Positions 9,808 to 20,236 are shown, counted from the stretch's first letter. The stretch is 48,627 bases of DNA from Yoonia sp. (GCA_964230945.1 CAXRJJ010000052.1:1-48627); one strand, 5' to 3'. Made by a program: numbers and translations. Notes: generated by a model not told the origin, from the letters alone.

Positions 9808-11391
9808 ATGCAGGGGCAGGGCGCGACCAAAATTGGCGGCGGAGGCGGTTTTTGGGGAGATCAGGTATTCGCCCCAATCGATTTGTTGGTTGGAGAAGAA
9901 TTGGATTACCTCACTATGGATTATCTAGCAGAAGTCACTATGTCGATTTTGGCTAAGCAAAAAGCCCGAAATCCCGAGAAAGGCTGGGCAACAGACCTTT
10001 TGGATTGGTTGAAGGCCGGCGGGATTTCTTTGTTACATGAAAAGAAAACGCGCCTGGTAACTAATGCAGGAGGTGCAAATCCTCACGCCTGTGCAGAAGC
10101 AGTTTTGGCTCTAGCCTGTGAAATCGGTTGGGTTGACTGTCGAATCGCTATGGTTTCAGGGGATGATGTGTTACCACTAATCGACGACGTTCTAGATGGC
10201 GGAAGAACAGTTGAACACATGGATTCTGAAATGCTTCTTTCAGAAGTAAGGGATGAACTTGTATCCGCTAATGCCTATCTTGGTGCTGGAGCCATTGCCC
10301 ATGCACTTGAACGTGGAGCTGATATCGTAATTACAGGACGTGTGGCGGATGCTAGTCTAATCGTTGGAAGTATGTTGCATTCTCAAGGCTGGGCATCTCG
10401 TGCTGTGGACAAAGGCCTCCCGATGTTCTCTCTTGTCGAGGATTGGGCACCCGCAGACATCAAGAATCCGCTAGATGTACTCGCTGGGTGGACTTTAGCC
10501 GGACATTTAATTGAGTGCGGGGCTCAAGTCACAGGAGGTAATTCAAGCGATTGGGAAGTGATTCCCAATTTGGCAGATGTTGGATACCCTATTGCCGAAA
10601 TTAACCGAGATGGAACAGCGATTATTACCAAGTTGGAAGGCACAGGAGGAAGCGTCACAAGAAGGACAGTTGCTGAACAGATGCTGTATGAAATTGGTAA
10701 CCCGACAGCCTATATGACACCAGACGTGGTTGTAGATCTTTCACAAACCGAACTGAATAATGCTGGAAAAGACAGGGTCTTGGTTTCGGGTACTCGTGGA
10801 AAACCGGCTCCTCCAACATTGAAGGTTTCTTCCAATCACAAAGATGGATGGTTCGCAGCAGGAGATTTGATTATTCCCGGGCCGGATGCTAAAGGACGAG
10901 CCGAAAGAACCGATTTAGTTCTGCGTGAGAGATTATCTGACCTTGAAGGATTGGAAATCTACACCGAGTTCTTTGGAGCAGGTGCTTCTTTGCCAAATGG
11001 GCTTCAACATTTAGCAGTTGAACCAAGCGAAATCAATGTTAGATGGGCCGCTAAGAGCCATATGCGTTCAGAAGTGATAGAATTCTCTAGAGCCATCGCT
11101 CCATTGGTTCTGACCGGTCCTGCTGGAGTTGCAGGATATACTGCTAGAGCTAGGCCGCGTGAGCAATTGCGTTTCTTCCCGTTCTTGTTACAAAGAGAGT
11201 TGGTGGAGCCCCGTATCCAGATAACCATGATGCAGACTCTACATCTAAAACTCAAAGAGATGGATCCGCGATTAGATGGAGTGTTGGCGAGGATTCAGAA
11301 GATGGCTGCAGGAGAGCCCGAGGGGTTGTGGCGTCGAAGAGTTGCAAGGCGGGTATTGAGAAGGCTTGAGCGCCCCTCGGTCAAGAACTGA
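9808..11391 (+). CDS. Acyclic terpene utilization AtuA family protein (DUF1446)
   Basis: IGGGGGFWGD, DYLTMDYLAEVTMS, TNAGGANP, SANAYLG, ITGRVAD, AGHLIECGAQVTGGN, EQMLYEI. Confidence 0.9.
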   Translation: MQGQGATKIGGGGGFWGDQVFAPIDLLVGEELDYLTMDYLAEVTMSILAKQKARNPEKGWATDLLDWLKAGGISLLHEKKTRLVTNAGGANPHACAEAVLALACEIGWVDCRIAMVSGDDVLPLIDDVLDGGRTVEHMDSEMLLSEVRDELVSANAYLGAGAIAHALERGADIVITGRVADASLIVGSMLHSQGWASRAVDKGLPMFSLVEDWAPADIKNPLDVLAGWTLAGHLIECGAQVTGGNSSDWEVIPNLADVGYPIAEINRDGTAIITKLEGTGGSVTRRTVAEQMLYEIGNPTAYMTPDVVVDLSQTELNNAGKDRVLVSGTRGKPAPPTLKVSSNHKDGWFAAGDLIIPGPDAKGRAERTDLVLRERLSDLEGLEIYTEFFGAGASLPNGLQHLAVEPSEINVRWAAKSHMRSEVIEFSRAIAPLVLTGPAGVAGYTARARPREQLRFFPFLLQRELVEPRIQITMMQTLHLKLKEMDPRLDGVLARIQKMAAGEPEGLWRRRVARRVLRRLERPSVKN

Positions 11392-11403
11392 ATTGGTGTT
11401 TAG

Positions 11404-11772
11404 ATGACCGAGAAAATCAGTATTCCCTTATCATCAATCGCACATGGTAGAAGTGGGGACAAAGGTGACATGGTCAATATCGGATTAATCGCTCATCGAA
11501 AAGAGTGGTTTCCATTGTTACAAGAATGTGTTACTGCAAAATGGCTTGAACAGGTATTCGAGGGCATGGTAGTCGGTGAAATCGAGGTTCATCCAGTACC
11601 AGGTATAGGGGCCTTGAACTGTGTGCTCAATGGAGCATTACAGGGTGGGGGAACCGTTGCTCTGCGTAAGGATGCTCAAGGCAAGATGATGGGGCAAGTG
11701 ATACTGCAAGCAGAAGTTGAGGTCGATGCAGCAGATGCTCTGAAGTTAGAGATACCCGGCATTCAAGAATGA
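11404..11772 (+). CDS. AtuA-related small protein (C-terminal AtuA-like domain)
   Basis: AHGRSGDKGD..NIG and ALQGGGTVALRKDAQGK motifs. Starts 12 nt downstream of the AtuA gene. Confidence 0.85.
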   Translation: MTEKISIPLSSIAHGRSGDKGDMVNIGLIAHRKEWFPLLQECVTAKWLEQVFEGMVVGEIEVHPVPGIGALNCVLNGALQGGGTVALRKDAQGKMMGQVILQAEVEVDAADALKLEIPGIQE

Positions 11773-11809
11773 ACATTCTTGTATAACCAAAATTCTACTA
11801 TATTGCTAA

Positions 11810-12184
11810 TCATTCGATATTGAGTTGCCAGTTGACACCGAACCGGTCTTCAACCCATGCAAATAGTTTGGAAAATCCGTAATTACCAGCAGGCATGTAC
11901 ACCTTACCTTGGTCGCTAATCGCAGATGCCAGAGAATGTAACTCTTCTTCGTTCTCTAGAGTGATGAAGAAGGAAATACCGGGAGTAATACCCCACTCGT
12001 GAGAGACGAAACTATCACTGATCATAACTTCTTGTTCTTTGATTGTGAAGGTAGCCAGCATAATGAGGTCACTATGTGGTTCATCATGGTGTTTCAGAGA
12101 ATGAAGAGAAAAACTCGGGAAGATGGTTTCGTAGAAATCAAGCGCTTCTTGAGCGCGCTTTTCGATGGTGATGAAAGGGCGCAT
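11810..12184 (-). CDS. VOC/PhnB family protein (3-demethylubiquinone-9 3-methyltransferase-like)
   Basis: AQEALDFYETIF, TPGISFF, GKVYMP..YGFSKLFAWVEDRFGVNWQL. Confidence 0.9.
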   Translation of the reverse strand: MRPFITIEKRAQEALDFYETIFPSFSLHSLKHHDEPHSDLIMLATFTIKEQEVMISDSFVSHEWGITPGISFFITLENEEELHSLASAISDQGKVYMPAGNYGFSKLFAWVEDRFGVNWQLNIE

Positions 12185-12226
12185 TGTACATCTCCCTCCA
12201 ATCTAGTTTAGAGTAGGGTTTTTCTC

Positions 12227-13408
12227 TCACTTGTATTGTAATTCAATACTGAATGCAACTCCATCTGCATCATAGGCATTAGCGTTGACGATTTTGATTT
12301 TCCAATCCCCATCTTCGTAGGTGTCGATCACATACTGAGTGATTTCCAAAGATACACACTGATGGTCTTCATCGGTTGAGCAACCTTGTCCACGTTCCAT
12401 CGAGGTGGTGTTGATGACTTCTTCATCACTTTCATTGTACATGTAAATGTTCAACTCATGGCTAGGGTTACCTGCGACCCAATCATCGTCTTCTGTTGGA
12501 TAGACTAGTATCATATTCACGCGCTTGATTTTGTTGTTGATTTCTCTATCATAGACGAATGTCGATTCAAAGACTAATTCTCCACCATCGGTCTGATTTC
12601 CATTGACGTGTAGGTCTTCCCATTCACCTTTGTAGTGAACATAAACCCACACTTCTTCACTGCTGCAGCCCCCTTCATTATTGCACACCGTCAGTGAAAT
12701 CTCTCTTTCACCAATGGGTACATCCTTCCATTCGAAAGTCTCTCCACACCCCTGTTGTTCGCAATCGTTGTCATCATCTTCAATTCCGTTCCCATCGCTG
12801 TCTACGTGAACATTAAGATCCCACACCCAACTGGTGATGTAGTGATTGGTACTACCAGAATCACTTGCTGAACCATCCAGAGTAACGGTGGTTTCAACCT
12901 TGGTGGTTCTGTCTCCAGCATCTTTGTCATCTTCGCAGATGTAGACTAGATAGAAGCTGCCATCAGGCGCTTCGTCGCCGTCACAGTCAGCATCGGGAGT
13001 TAACGAACCAGCATCCGCAACCGGCATAACAGCATCTTTAGGAATGACGATTATTTCCTTTGTACTACTATCTTCATTATATCCGTCAGAAACAGTCAAC
13101 GTCACCTCATAAGTTCCTTCTTCGGCATATACATTCTCAGCACTTACTCCTGATGCATCAGATTTGCCATTACCATCAAAATCCCACCTATATGTTAGGG
13201 ACCCATCTTGTGGCAACGAAGCGTCGCCGTTGAATGTGACTGTAGTTCGACCTGCTTGGATGGATGTTTTAGGGGTCCAGTCAAAGATGGCTTCAACCGA
13301 TGAATCGATTTCAGGCTCATCTTCAGAGAAGATACATCCCGCCAAACTGGAGGTTAGCACAATCATCGTCAGCAGGGCTGCTATGTGGGCAGAGAATGGC
13401 CTCATCAT
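12227..13408 (-). CDS. PKD-domain lipoprotein
   Basis: Lipobox LAGC. PKD motifs YRWDFDGNG...YAEEGTYEVTLTVSDG, and a second PKD-like unit (LDGSASDS...WVWDL). Start reassigned to ATG at 13408. Confidence 0.85.
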   Translation of the reverse strand: MMRPFSAHIAALLTMIVLTSSLAGCIFSEDEPEIDSSVEAIFDWTPKTSIQAGRTTVTFNGDASLPQDGSLTYRWDFDGNGKSDASGVSAENVYAEEGTYEVTLTVSDGYNEDSSTKEIIVIPKDAVMPVADAGSLTPDADCDGDEAPDGSFYLVYICEDDKDAGDRTTKVETTVTLDGSASDSGSTNHYITSWVWDLNVHVDSDGNGIEDDDNDCEQQGCGETFEWKDVPIGEREISLTVCNNEGGCSSEEVWVYVHYKGEWEDLHVNGNQTDGGELVFESTFVYDREINNKIKRVNMILVYPTEDDDWVAGNPSHELNIYMYNESDEEVINTTSMERGQGCSTDEDHQCVSLEITQYVIDTYEDGDWKIKIVNANAYDADGVAFSIELQYK

Positions 13409-13468
13409 GTAATCCTCGGCAATCCGCCAGCCATCAAGGATTCGCCTGAAAGCACAGAAATTGTGCAA

Positions 13469-14944
13469 TCAACGCTGTTTACGAGAGAATGCGATTGCCG
13501 CAATAAAGAATGCAACCATCATCAGTTCAAACGAAGTCCAGGGAAGATTCATGTCAACTTCTTGGGCGATTCCATCAGCATTTGCTAATCCTAGATCGTA
13601 ATCCCAAAGATAGGCCTCACCTTCACACGCCATTTCGATACTGTCTCCTGTTGAGATTTCGTTCAATGGTGCCACGTCATTGTAGTAGAATGTGCATTCT
13701 GAAGTACCGTAATCATCGGTTATGCTGACTGAAGCTCCAGAGGGGCTGCTTGCTGCGCCGATATCTACTCCAACAGCCTTGGTTCTGATATCCTCGTATG
13801 TCACGTCGTCATACTCTTCTGAGTAAAGTATGACTTCAGCCCCATTCATTCCATATGTCGCATTGAACTGTGTCTGAACAGTATAATTCCCATGAGTATT
13901 GTTGGCCCAATAATCGCTTTCAAGGTAAAGAGGCATTCCAACACTTTCAGCTTTATTGACCCAAGAAGGCTTCTTTGGAGAATCAGTGCCGATAGTCATC
14001 AAGAGTTTCATTCCACTACTGTTGCTTGCCTTACCACCAATGAGATTGTTATCACTATCAAAATACATTGAAACTGAGATGTCTTCACCATCAATACTGT
14101 GATCAAGACTCACTTTGACAGCACGTTGTCCATCCTCATCGGGAAAACGTTCTGCTTCAGAGGAGAAATCGATTGAGGAATCATCTTGTATTTCTGCTGC
14201 GATTTCATGATGTAGGAAACAGAATGGAATAGTGTCTACGAACATGGCATCTTCATCATTGAACAAAATGTCAGCCGGCTCTCCTTCAAGTGAAGTGAAT
14301 TCGGCCTTGCTACTTTCATCCATACTTCTCCATGCAACCTCATTTTCGGACATCCATACATCCATAGATGCTGGCATCGGAAAACCTTCGGAAACGATTT
14401 TCATGTCGACCTCTGCTAATGCTGCCGAATTACTAGCGGATAATTTCGTATCCATTTCGAGGCTGAACGAACCAAGAAATTCATCCTCAACCTCACTAAT
14501 TTCGAGTTCAACATCACATGACCAACCATCTACTTCACCATTCATCACTTCTTCTTGTGTAGGCTGTGCTAGCGCGTGTTCAACGAATTGTGTTCGAGAG
14601 TATGGGTCAGGATCAAGCATAGGGTCGATGACGAATTCATACGCCCCCCAACCTCCACCGGCGGCAACTAACAATCCAACAATGCTGATGATTACCAACT
14701 TCCCCTTTCCACCAGAAGCATTCATCTGATCTCCAGTCATCCACATTGCAGCACCGGGGTCTCCCGGAATTTGTTGTTGCATGAACGGTTGTTGCATCGT
14801 TGCTGGAGCAACTTGTTGCATACCTGGAGCAACTACTTGTTGCATAGCTGGAGCCACTGCTTGTTGCATCATTGGTGTATTACTTGGAATCCATTGAGTC
14901 CCGTCCCACATGAATTGACCATCGGGGGATAATTCTCCGACCAT
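13469..14944 (-). CDS. Membrane protein: N-terminal SPDGQFMWDG..W module, Q-rich repeats, TM helix, acidic ectodomain, C-terminal sorting-like signal
   Basis: ATG at 14944 after GGGGTGA. C-terminus LPWTSFELMMVAFFIAAIAFSRKQR. Confidence 0.8.
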   Translation of the reverse strand: MVGELSPDGQFMWDGTQWIPSNTPMMQQAVAPAMQQVVAPGMQQVAPATMQQPFMQQQIPGDPGAAMWMTGDQMNASGGKGKLVIISIVGLLVAAGGGWGAYEFVIDPMLDPDPYSRTQFVEHALAQPTQEEVMNGEVDGWSCDVELEISEVEDEFLGSFSLEMDTKLSASNSAALAEVDMKIVSEGFPMPASMDVWMSENEVAWRSMDESSKAEFTSLEGEPADILFNDEDAMFVDTIPFCFLHHEIAAEIQDDSSIDFSSEAERFPDEDGQRAVKVSLDHSIDGEDISVSMYFDSDNNLIGGKASNSSGMKLLMTIGTDSPKKPSWVNKAESVGMPLYLESDYWANNTHGNYTVQTQFNATYGMNGAEVILYSEEYDDVTYEDIRTKAVGVDIGAASSPSGASVSITDDYGTSECTFYYNDVAPLNEISTGDSIEMACEGEAYLWDYDLGLANADGIAQEVDMNLPWTSFELMMVAFFIAAIAFSRKQR

Positions 14945-14985
14945 GTTCACCCCTACCCATGCATATTATTGACTGTTTCACAGGC

Positions 14986-17631
14986 TTAAAATGAAAATAG
15001 TGATGATTGCCGATTTCCTTTCAACAATTCATCCGCACTCCATCCAAATGCTTCCGATACCCTACCAAAGGCCGTAGCCAACCTTTCTGCATAGAATTGA
15101 GAATCATAGGATTTGATTCCCCCATCTTCTTCTCCTTCGTTCCACGGCTCGACAACCATTGGGCGCTGTCCGGCATTTGTGACCACAAAGGCGATTTTCA
15201 TCCCTGGAGTAAATGGCAAGTTTCTCTCTATGCGCTTGCGCGCTGCTCTGACTTGTGCCTGCCCATTTGGATTTGCGTAATCCTTGGTGAAATCGATGCT
15301 ACCGTCTTTCAATTGCTTACCTTTGCAGAGTTTCGAAATCACTAATTCCTCGGCCGGAACTTCAGAACGCCTTACCTTTGCAATCTGCTCTTTCGCTAGA
15401 TTGATCGCTGCAGTTTCCTCCCCATCCAGCACTAACTCGAATATTCTCTGCATACCTTTTGTTAATGCCAGAAACGAATCAGTACGTTGAGTTTCATAAC
15501 CCTTGATCATCAAATCGTCTTTCGGCCAGACTACTCTACCGACGTAACGTTTCTTGGCCCCGTGTGAGAAGAAAGCAGACATTCCAGTTTCAAATTCCAA
15601 CACTGCACTATCCTCACTGAAACGGTTTGCAGTTTCGTTTCCGAACCGAATCATTTCATCCATCGCTGCTTGCCACTTCTCTTTCCCTTCACTTTCTCCG
15701 GGCGGAGCCGTGGGGCTTCCTTCTTCGACTGGTACGCTGACAAAAATAGAATCTGTGTCGGAATAGACAACGTGGTGTCCTTCTTTCTCCAATTTCTGAA
15801 TAATTCCCTTGATGTTCCTTCTTGCCCAAGCGGTAATCGAAGTCCCAAGGTCGTGATGAGTGAACCTGTAAAATTCTGAAGCAAAGACGCCATAGAATGA
15901 GTTCATCATTATCTTAACAGCATATTGCATTTGGTCGTGAAAGGCTACTTTTGCAGAATCCTTGTTTTCTTCTGCAATTCTCATCTCATTCTTGTGGTGG
16001 TCTCTTTGGGCCATCAGGTCTTGCAAAAGGGTGGGAACCAAACCTTCTCTTGCTTCCTTATTGCGAAATCGAGCCCCTGTTGGAGAGGTATGTACCAATT
16101 CATCATCTGCAGGTTGAATGGGATGTGAAACATCGATGCGAGTAGTATGGCAGATGTTGTTTCCTATCATTATTGAAGGGTACATCGATTTGAAATCGAG
16201 TACGGCTATCCAAGGGTGCATCCCCGCTTCAACATCGTGAACGTAACCTCCGGGTATCTGCCCCTCTTTCTTCGCTGCGCTTCCGGTCAATGGTACTGCC
16301 ACATCTTTTGATTCGGCTAATCTGATTACCAGACTATCGAGCAATTGACTTGTGGTTCCATTCGCTGCGGTCTCAAAGGGCACTTTGGCAACGGATGCAA
16401 TCGCTTCCTTACGTCTAGTTGCTTGTATACTTCGAAGAATCTGCAGTGGCAAAGCAGAATCACGCGCACAATATTCCAGTACAACCTCCGGACGTTCTGC
16501 CCATTCTTCATCCATGCGCGAAGCATCCACGTCCATTTTGTGCAATTCGTCTTGATCTGGGAACAACAATTCGGCTACGAATTTCAGAGTTTCACGTCGT
16601 GGTCGTAATGCGCTACGGGCTTGCCACCAAGCATCCATGACCACGCGTCCAGCAAGAATCCAAGCGCGCGTATTCGCTCTTTTCGGAATCAATCCTTGTC
16701 GGTTTCGCTTGTATTCTTCTTCATTCATCGGAACGCGACCCCAACCGTATAATTCGCATCGCTCCTCAATTTCAGTTGAGCGACTATGGTATTCCATTCT
16801 TTCATTCAAGCGTGGTAAATCGAAATTATCGACATTGTACCCTGTAATGATATCCGCATCACAGTTCCTCAATAATTCGGTCAAGTCCTTCATAATCTGT
16901 ACTTCATCACCACTGAACGTATGAGTCTCTTGAACAGGTTCTTGCAACTCTGATTCCAAGGTCTCAATCGTTGCTGCAGCACACAATATTCGATTATTTT
17001 CGATACTCGTTTCCAAATCGAAAGAGAATATCACCCAAGGTGCTGGAAAGGGTTCAATATTCGACAAATTACTTCGTTCACATTTGATTACTATGTCTAC
17101 TGGGTAGAGGCCACTCCCGCCTGCAGCAATGACATCTGCAGTATTTCCGGGCTCCTTTTTTTGATGCAATATTTCCCCACTGAGGTTTATGTGAGGCCCA
17201 AGGTCCTCATCGAGGAATAGGCGATTGGAAAAGGGAATGTCAGCACTGCTTAAATTCCAACTCTCAGAAAGCCTTTCTCGCAATCTTGGTACTACGAATG
17301 GTTGCTCAACGCTAACCCACCAATGCATTTTTTCTCCAAGGTCGGTCCACTTTAATCGTGGTTCATCGATCTTAGTCACTTCCTTGATTTCCATTACTTT
17401 GTTCAACCGTCTTTCAATATCTTCAGGCAATTCCCTCGGGTCCTTGCAGACGCCGGGGATCGAAATTTCGATACCGGGCGTAAATCCGTGAACTAAGGCA
17501 ATCACGGAATCTCCATTTCTTGAACGAGCTGTAATTTCAATTATGGAGGATGCAACTCCATCCTCGTCATGGCTATTCCAACGAACACTAAGAATGGCAA
17601 CATCACCACTCCAAGTCGCATCTGCTGCCAT
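14986..17631 (-). CDS. polB: Family B DNA polymerase with proofreading exonuclease
   Basis: ExoI FDLET, ExoII GYNVDNFD, ExoIII YCARD. Polymerase motifs DFKSMYPS, KIMMNSFYG, YSDTDS, KKRY. C-terminal PIP box QSSLFSF. Start reassigned to ATG at 17631. Confidence 0.95.
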   Translation of the reverse strand: MAADATWSGDVAILSVRWNSHDEDGVASSIIEITARSRNGDSVIALVHGFTPGIEISIPGVCKDPRELPEDIERRLNKVMEIKEVTKIDEPRLKWTDLGEKMHWWVSVEQPFVVPRLRERLSESWNLSSADIPFSNRLFLDEDLGPHINLSGEILHQKKEPGNTADVIAAGGSGLYPVDIVIKCERSNLSNIEPFPAPWVIFSFDLETSIENNRILCAAATIETLESELQEPVQETHTFSGDEVQIMKDLTELLRNCDADIITGYNVDNFDLPRLNERMEYHSRSTEIEERCELYGWGRVPMNEEEYKRNRQGLIPKRANTRAWILAGRVVMDAWWQARSALRPRRETLKFVAELLFPDQDELHKMDVDASRMDEEWAERPEVVLEYCARDSALPLQILRSIQATRRKEAIASVAKVPFETAANGTTSQLLDSLVIRLAESKDVAVPLTGSAAKKEGQIPGGYVHDVEAGMHPWIAVLDFKSMYPSIMIGNNICHTTRIDVSHPIQPADDELVHTSPTGARFRNKEAREGLVPTLLQDLMAQRDHHKNEMRIAEENKDSAKVAFHDQMQYAVKIMMNSFYGVFASEFYRFTHHDLGTSITAWARRNIKGIIQKLEKEGHHVVYSDTDSIFVSVPVEEGSPTAPPGESEGKEKWQAAMDEMIRFGNETANRFSEDSAVLEFETGMSAFFSHGAKKRYVGRVVWPKDDLMIKGYETQRTDSFLALTKGMQRIFELVLDGEETAAINLAKEQIAKVRRSEVPAEELVISKLCKGKQLKDGSIDFTKDYANPNGQAQVRAARKRIERNLPFTPGMKIAFVVTNAGQRPMVVEPWNEGEEDGGIKSYDSQFYAERLATAFGRVSEAFGWSADELLKGNRQSSLFSF

Positions 17632-17777
17632 ATCAAGTGTTGAATGCCGATGAAACATGAACCTTGGCAATGACAAACAGGGTGGAGAGAGAAGAATCGT
17701 TTCAGCAAGTATTGAAAGCCTGAGTCTTATCGACAAACGCAATCGGGTTTTTCTGGCTGCATTCAGGTTGTGCAAAG

Positions 17778-18824
17778 ATGGCGGAAGGAGAGGAAATCGA
17801 TTGGGATTCCCTGACCTTTTCCTTGACGCAAACCGATTACATGTATGTCGCAAATTGTGAGCTGGGAGAACCGTGGCGTCCCGGGCAGATGTTGCCATAC
17901 GGCAATCTAGAAATTGATCCGGCAGCGGGTGTCCTGAACTATGGTCAAGGCATATTTGAGGGCATGAAAGCCCATCGAACAGTTCAGAACAATGTAGTAT
18001 TGTTCAGGCCGGATGAGAATGCCCGCCGTTTCCAAAAAGGTGCAGCGAGATTAGGAATGCCACCAGTACCAGAGTCCATGTTCATCGATGCTGTTGAACA
18101 GGTTGTTGCAGCAAATTCACGATTCATCCCACCATCTGGCCGTGGTGCATTGTATGTCAGACCCGTACTTTGGGGCACAGGGCCAATCATGGGAGTAGCA
18201 CCCGCCCCATCCTACACATTTTGTGTATTTGTTACTCCAGTCGGCCCGTATTTCAAGGGAGGCTTAACCAGTATTGAACTGTTGATTTCCGATGAACATC
18301 ACAGAGCAGCCCCCGGAGGTTCAGGTGGAGTCAAAGCGATTGGAAATTATGCGCCGGGAATGATGCCCTCCAAGAATGCCAAAAAGCAAGGATATGCCGA
18401 AGTCATCTACCTTGACGCTGTTGAACATAACAACATCGAAGAAGTGGGTGCAGCGAATTTCTTTTGCGTCAAGGATAACCATATTTACACCCCAGAGTTA
18501 ACAGGCACTATTCTTCCAGGAATCACGCGCGATTCTATAATTCAATTAGCCCGACATAGGGGTTACGAAGTGACTGAAACCAAAGTCAGCGCAGAATTTG
18601 CCATGCAAGCAGATGAAGCATTTTGTTGCGGCACTGCAGCGGTAATTTCGCCGATAGGTTCGATTACTCATGGTGATCAAAAGAAGGTCTACATGGATGG
18701 AGACGTAGCCCCAGTTACTCGAGAACTCTACAATGCACTAACTGGAGTTCAAACAGAATTGGCACAAGACCCCTTTTCATGGTTGCATAAGGTCGAATTG
18801 AATCTACCAATCAATATGGTTTGA
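17778..18824 (+). CDS. ilvE: Branched-chain amino acid aminotransferase
   Basis: LNYGQGIFEGMKA, LYVRP, PLP lysine in KAIGNY, EEVGAANFF, ILPGITRDS, GTAAVISP. Confidence 0.95.
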   Translation: MAEGEEIDWDSLTFSLTQTDYMYVANCELGEPWRPGQMLPYGNLEIDPAAGVLNYGQGIFEGMKAHRTVQNNVVLFRPDENARRFQKGAARLGMPPVPESMFIDAVEQVVAANSRFIPPSGRGALYVRPVLWGTGPIMGVAPAPSYTFCVFVTPVGPYFKGGLTSIELLISDEHHRAAPGGSGGVKAIGNYAPGMMPSKNAKKQGYAEVIYLDAVEHNNIEEVGAANFFCVKDNHIYTPELTGTILPGITRDSIIQLARHRGYEVTETKVSAEFAMQADEAFCCGTAAVISPIGSITHGDQKKVYMDGDVAPVTRELYNALTGVQTELAQDPFSWLHKVELNLPINMV

Positions 18825-18825
18825 T

Positions 18826-19197
18826 TCAAATCATTTCTCTTGCGGCTTCAACATTGTCGGCTGTGAAAGCAATTACGGCCTTGTCATCATCTTTACTCAT
18901 GATGTAGATTGAATTGATGTTGATACCAGCATTACCCATCGTTCTGGAAAGGGCCGCCAAAGAACCTGGTTGGTGAGGCATTGTGACTAGAAGCACTTCA
19001 CTGACATGATATTCATGTCCCAAATTATCTAGCACACCGGTGGTCCCTTCTTCATCATCAGTCACCAATGCTACAACTGCTCCTGTAGCAGTTAATGCTG
19101 TGGCGGTTAGCAGGTTGATTCCCTTCGAGGATAATGCTTCACAGAGATCAGCCATTTGTCCCGGTTTATCTGGTAATTTGATACAATACTCTTTCAT
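18826..19197 (-). CDS. ACT domain-containing protein (tandem ACT)
   Basis: DKPGQMADLCEALSSKGINL and HQPGSLAALSRTMGNAGINI repeats. Confidence 0.85.
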   Translation of the reverse strand: MKEYCIKLPDKPGQMADLCEALSSKGINLLTATALTATGAVVALVTDDEEGTTGVLDNLGHEYHVSEVLLVTMPHQPGSLAALSRTMGNAGININSIYIMSKDDDKAVIAFTADNVEAAREMI

Positions 19198-19287
19198 GCT
19201 GGGACGTAGATGGTCACACCTATGACGCTTACGAGAGATTTGTTGAGAAGGGCGCAGTTCAAGAGGTTCGCCGGTTTTACGGAAGAA

Positions 19288-19758
19288 TCACTTCTTCCAT
19301 TTCTTCCGTCCACGTTGTTTTCTATTTCTTTGCGCCTTGGCAGCGGCTTGTCTTGCAGCCCCACTGGTCTTTCTTTGTGCTCTTGCGCGCCGGTCACCGG
19401 TTTTTGGACCGCGCTTGTTTTCTTCCTCAGCCTCGTTTTGCCTTTGGACATTGATTTCGCGCCATCTATTTCCGATAATTTGCAAGATCTCTTCTTTCTT
19501 TGAGGTTCCAAGGTCATCTTTGGCAGCAGATTTTGAAATCCACAATCTACCCTCTTTAGCCCAAGGTCTGCTGGGGTGACAAATTCCTTCTTCGCGCTTC
19601 ATCTTCTTGACTCCAGCTTGACGGGCTGCCCATGCTAACCCCTCTAGGTCCGGTTTGTTCACTGAACAATCGATTCCTACTCTTCGCCCATTTCTTCGCG
19701 AATTTCGCGAATTGAAATAACCGGGCCATAGCACGATACGATCGGGATTATGGGGCAT
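19288..19758 (-). CDS. srp19: Signal recognition particle protein SRP19 with basic C-terminal extension
   Basis: IVLWPGYFNSRNSRRNGRRV, HPSRPW..GR and SKKEEILQII motifs. Adjacent to rps8e, as is common in archaea. Confidence 0.88.
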   Translation of the reverse strand: MPHNPDRIVLWPGYFNSRNSRRNGRRVGIDCSVNKPDLEGLAWAARQAGVKKMKREEGICHPSRPWAKEGRLWISKSAAKDDLGTSKKEEILQIIGNRWREINVQRQNEAEEENKRGPKTGDRRARAQRKTSGAARQAAAKAQRNRKQRGRKKWKK

Positions 19759-19809
19759 CTTGCTCAAACCCCGGTATCAACAGCCCATCTTAAGGGCACG
19801 CTTGCAGAC

Positions 19810-20193
19810 TCACTCGTCCAATAGAACGCCATTGATGACGCCATCATGGCCAGGACGACTCGTGATTCGAACATGCCCCTTCTCGGTCAATATGACGGCT
19901 CCCTTGGTCAACACGTTTCTTCTGACGTAGTTTGGATTAGCAGGACTCTCAACAACAGTCTTGATTGCGACTCTTTCTGTTTTTCCAGTCTTGGGATTAG
20001 ATACACTGACCTCATTATCCATTAGAACTCTTACAAGTGTGTTTCCACCAGTCTTGCGGTATATCTTCCTCTTGGCCTCACCTACCAAAGCAAGCTGCTT
20101 CTCGCTGCTAATTTCGGTGCTGCGCTTACCGCGAGCCTTGACTCTGCGGCCACCTGTTGCCTTCCTTCGCGAGACGCCGTGCCATTGTGCCAT
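19810..20193 (-). CDS. rps8e: 30S ribosomal protein S8e (eS8)
   Basis: MAQWHGVSRRKATGG...NPNYVRRNVLTKGAVI...ITSRPGHDGVINGVL. Confidence 0.97.
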   Translation of the reverse strand: MAQWHGVSRRKATGGRRVKARGKRSTEISSEKQLALVGEAKRKIYRKTGGNTLVRVLMDNEVSVSNPKTGKTERVAIKTVVESPANPNYVRRNVLTKGAVILTEKGHVRITSRPGHDGVINGVLLDE

Positions 20194-20222
20194 GGTAAAT
20201 CCTCAGGGAAGCGCCGACTCAG

Positions 20223-20236
20223 CATCCCTATTTCAA
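20223..20236 (-). promoter_or_regulatory. Putative promoter element TTGAAATAGGGATG of rps8e
   Basis: Identical 14-mer also lies upstream of Sec61beta. Ends 29 nt before the ATG. Confidence 0.6.

Noticed and set aside
14986-17631. Possible intein, or inactivated or viral PolB
   Set aside because: Length of about 880 aa is normal, all catalytic motifs are intact, there is no intein-sized insertion and no viral neighbours.
17632-17898. 89-codon N-terminal extension of PolB
   Set aside because: It overlaps ilvE on the opposite strand and has no polymerase-like sequence. ATG 17631 leaves a normal divergent intergenic region.
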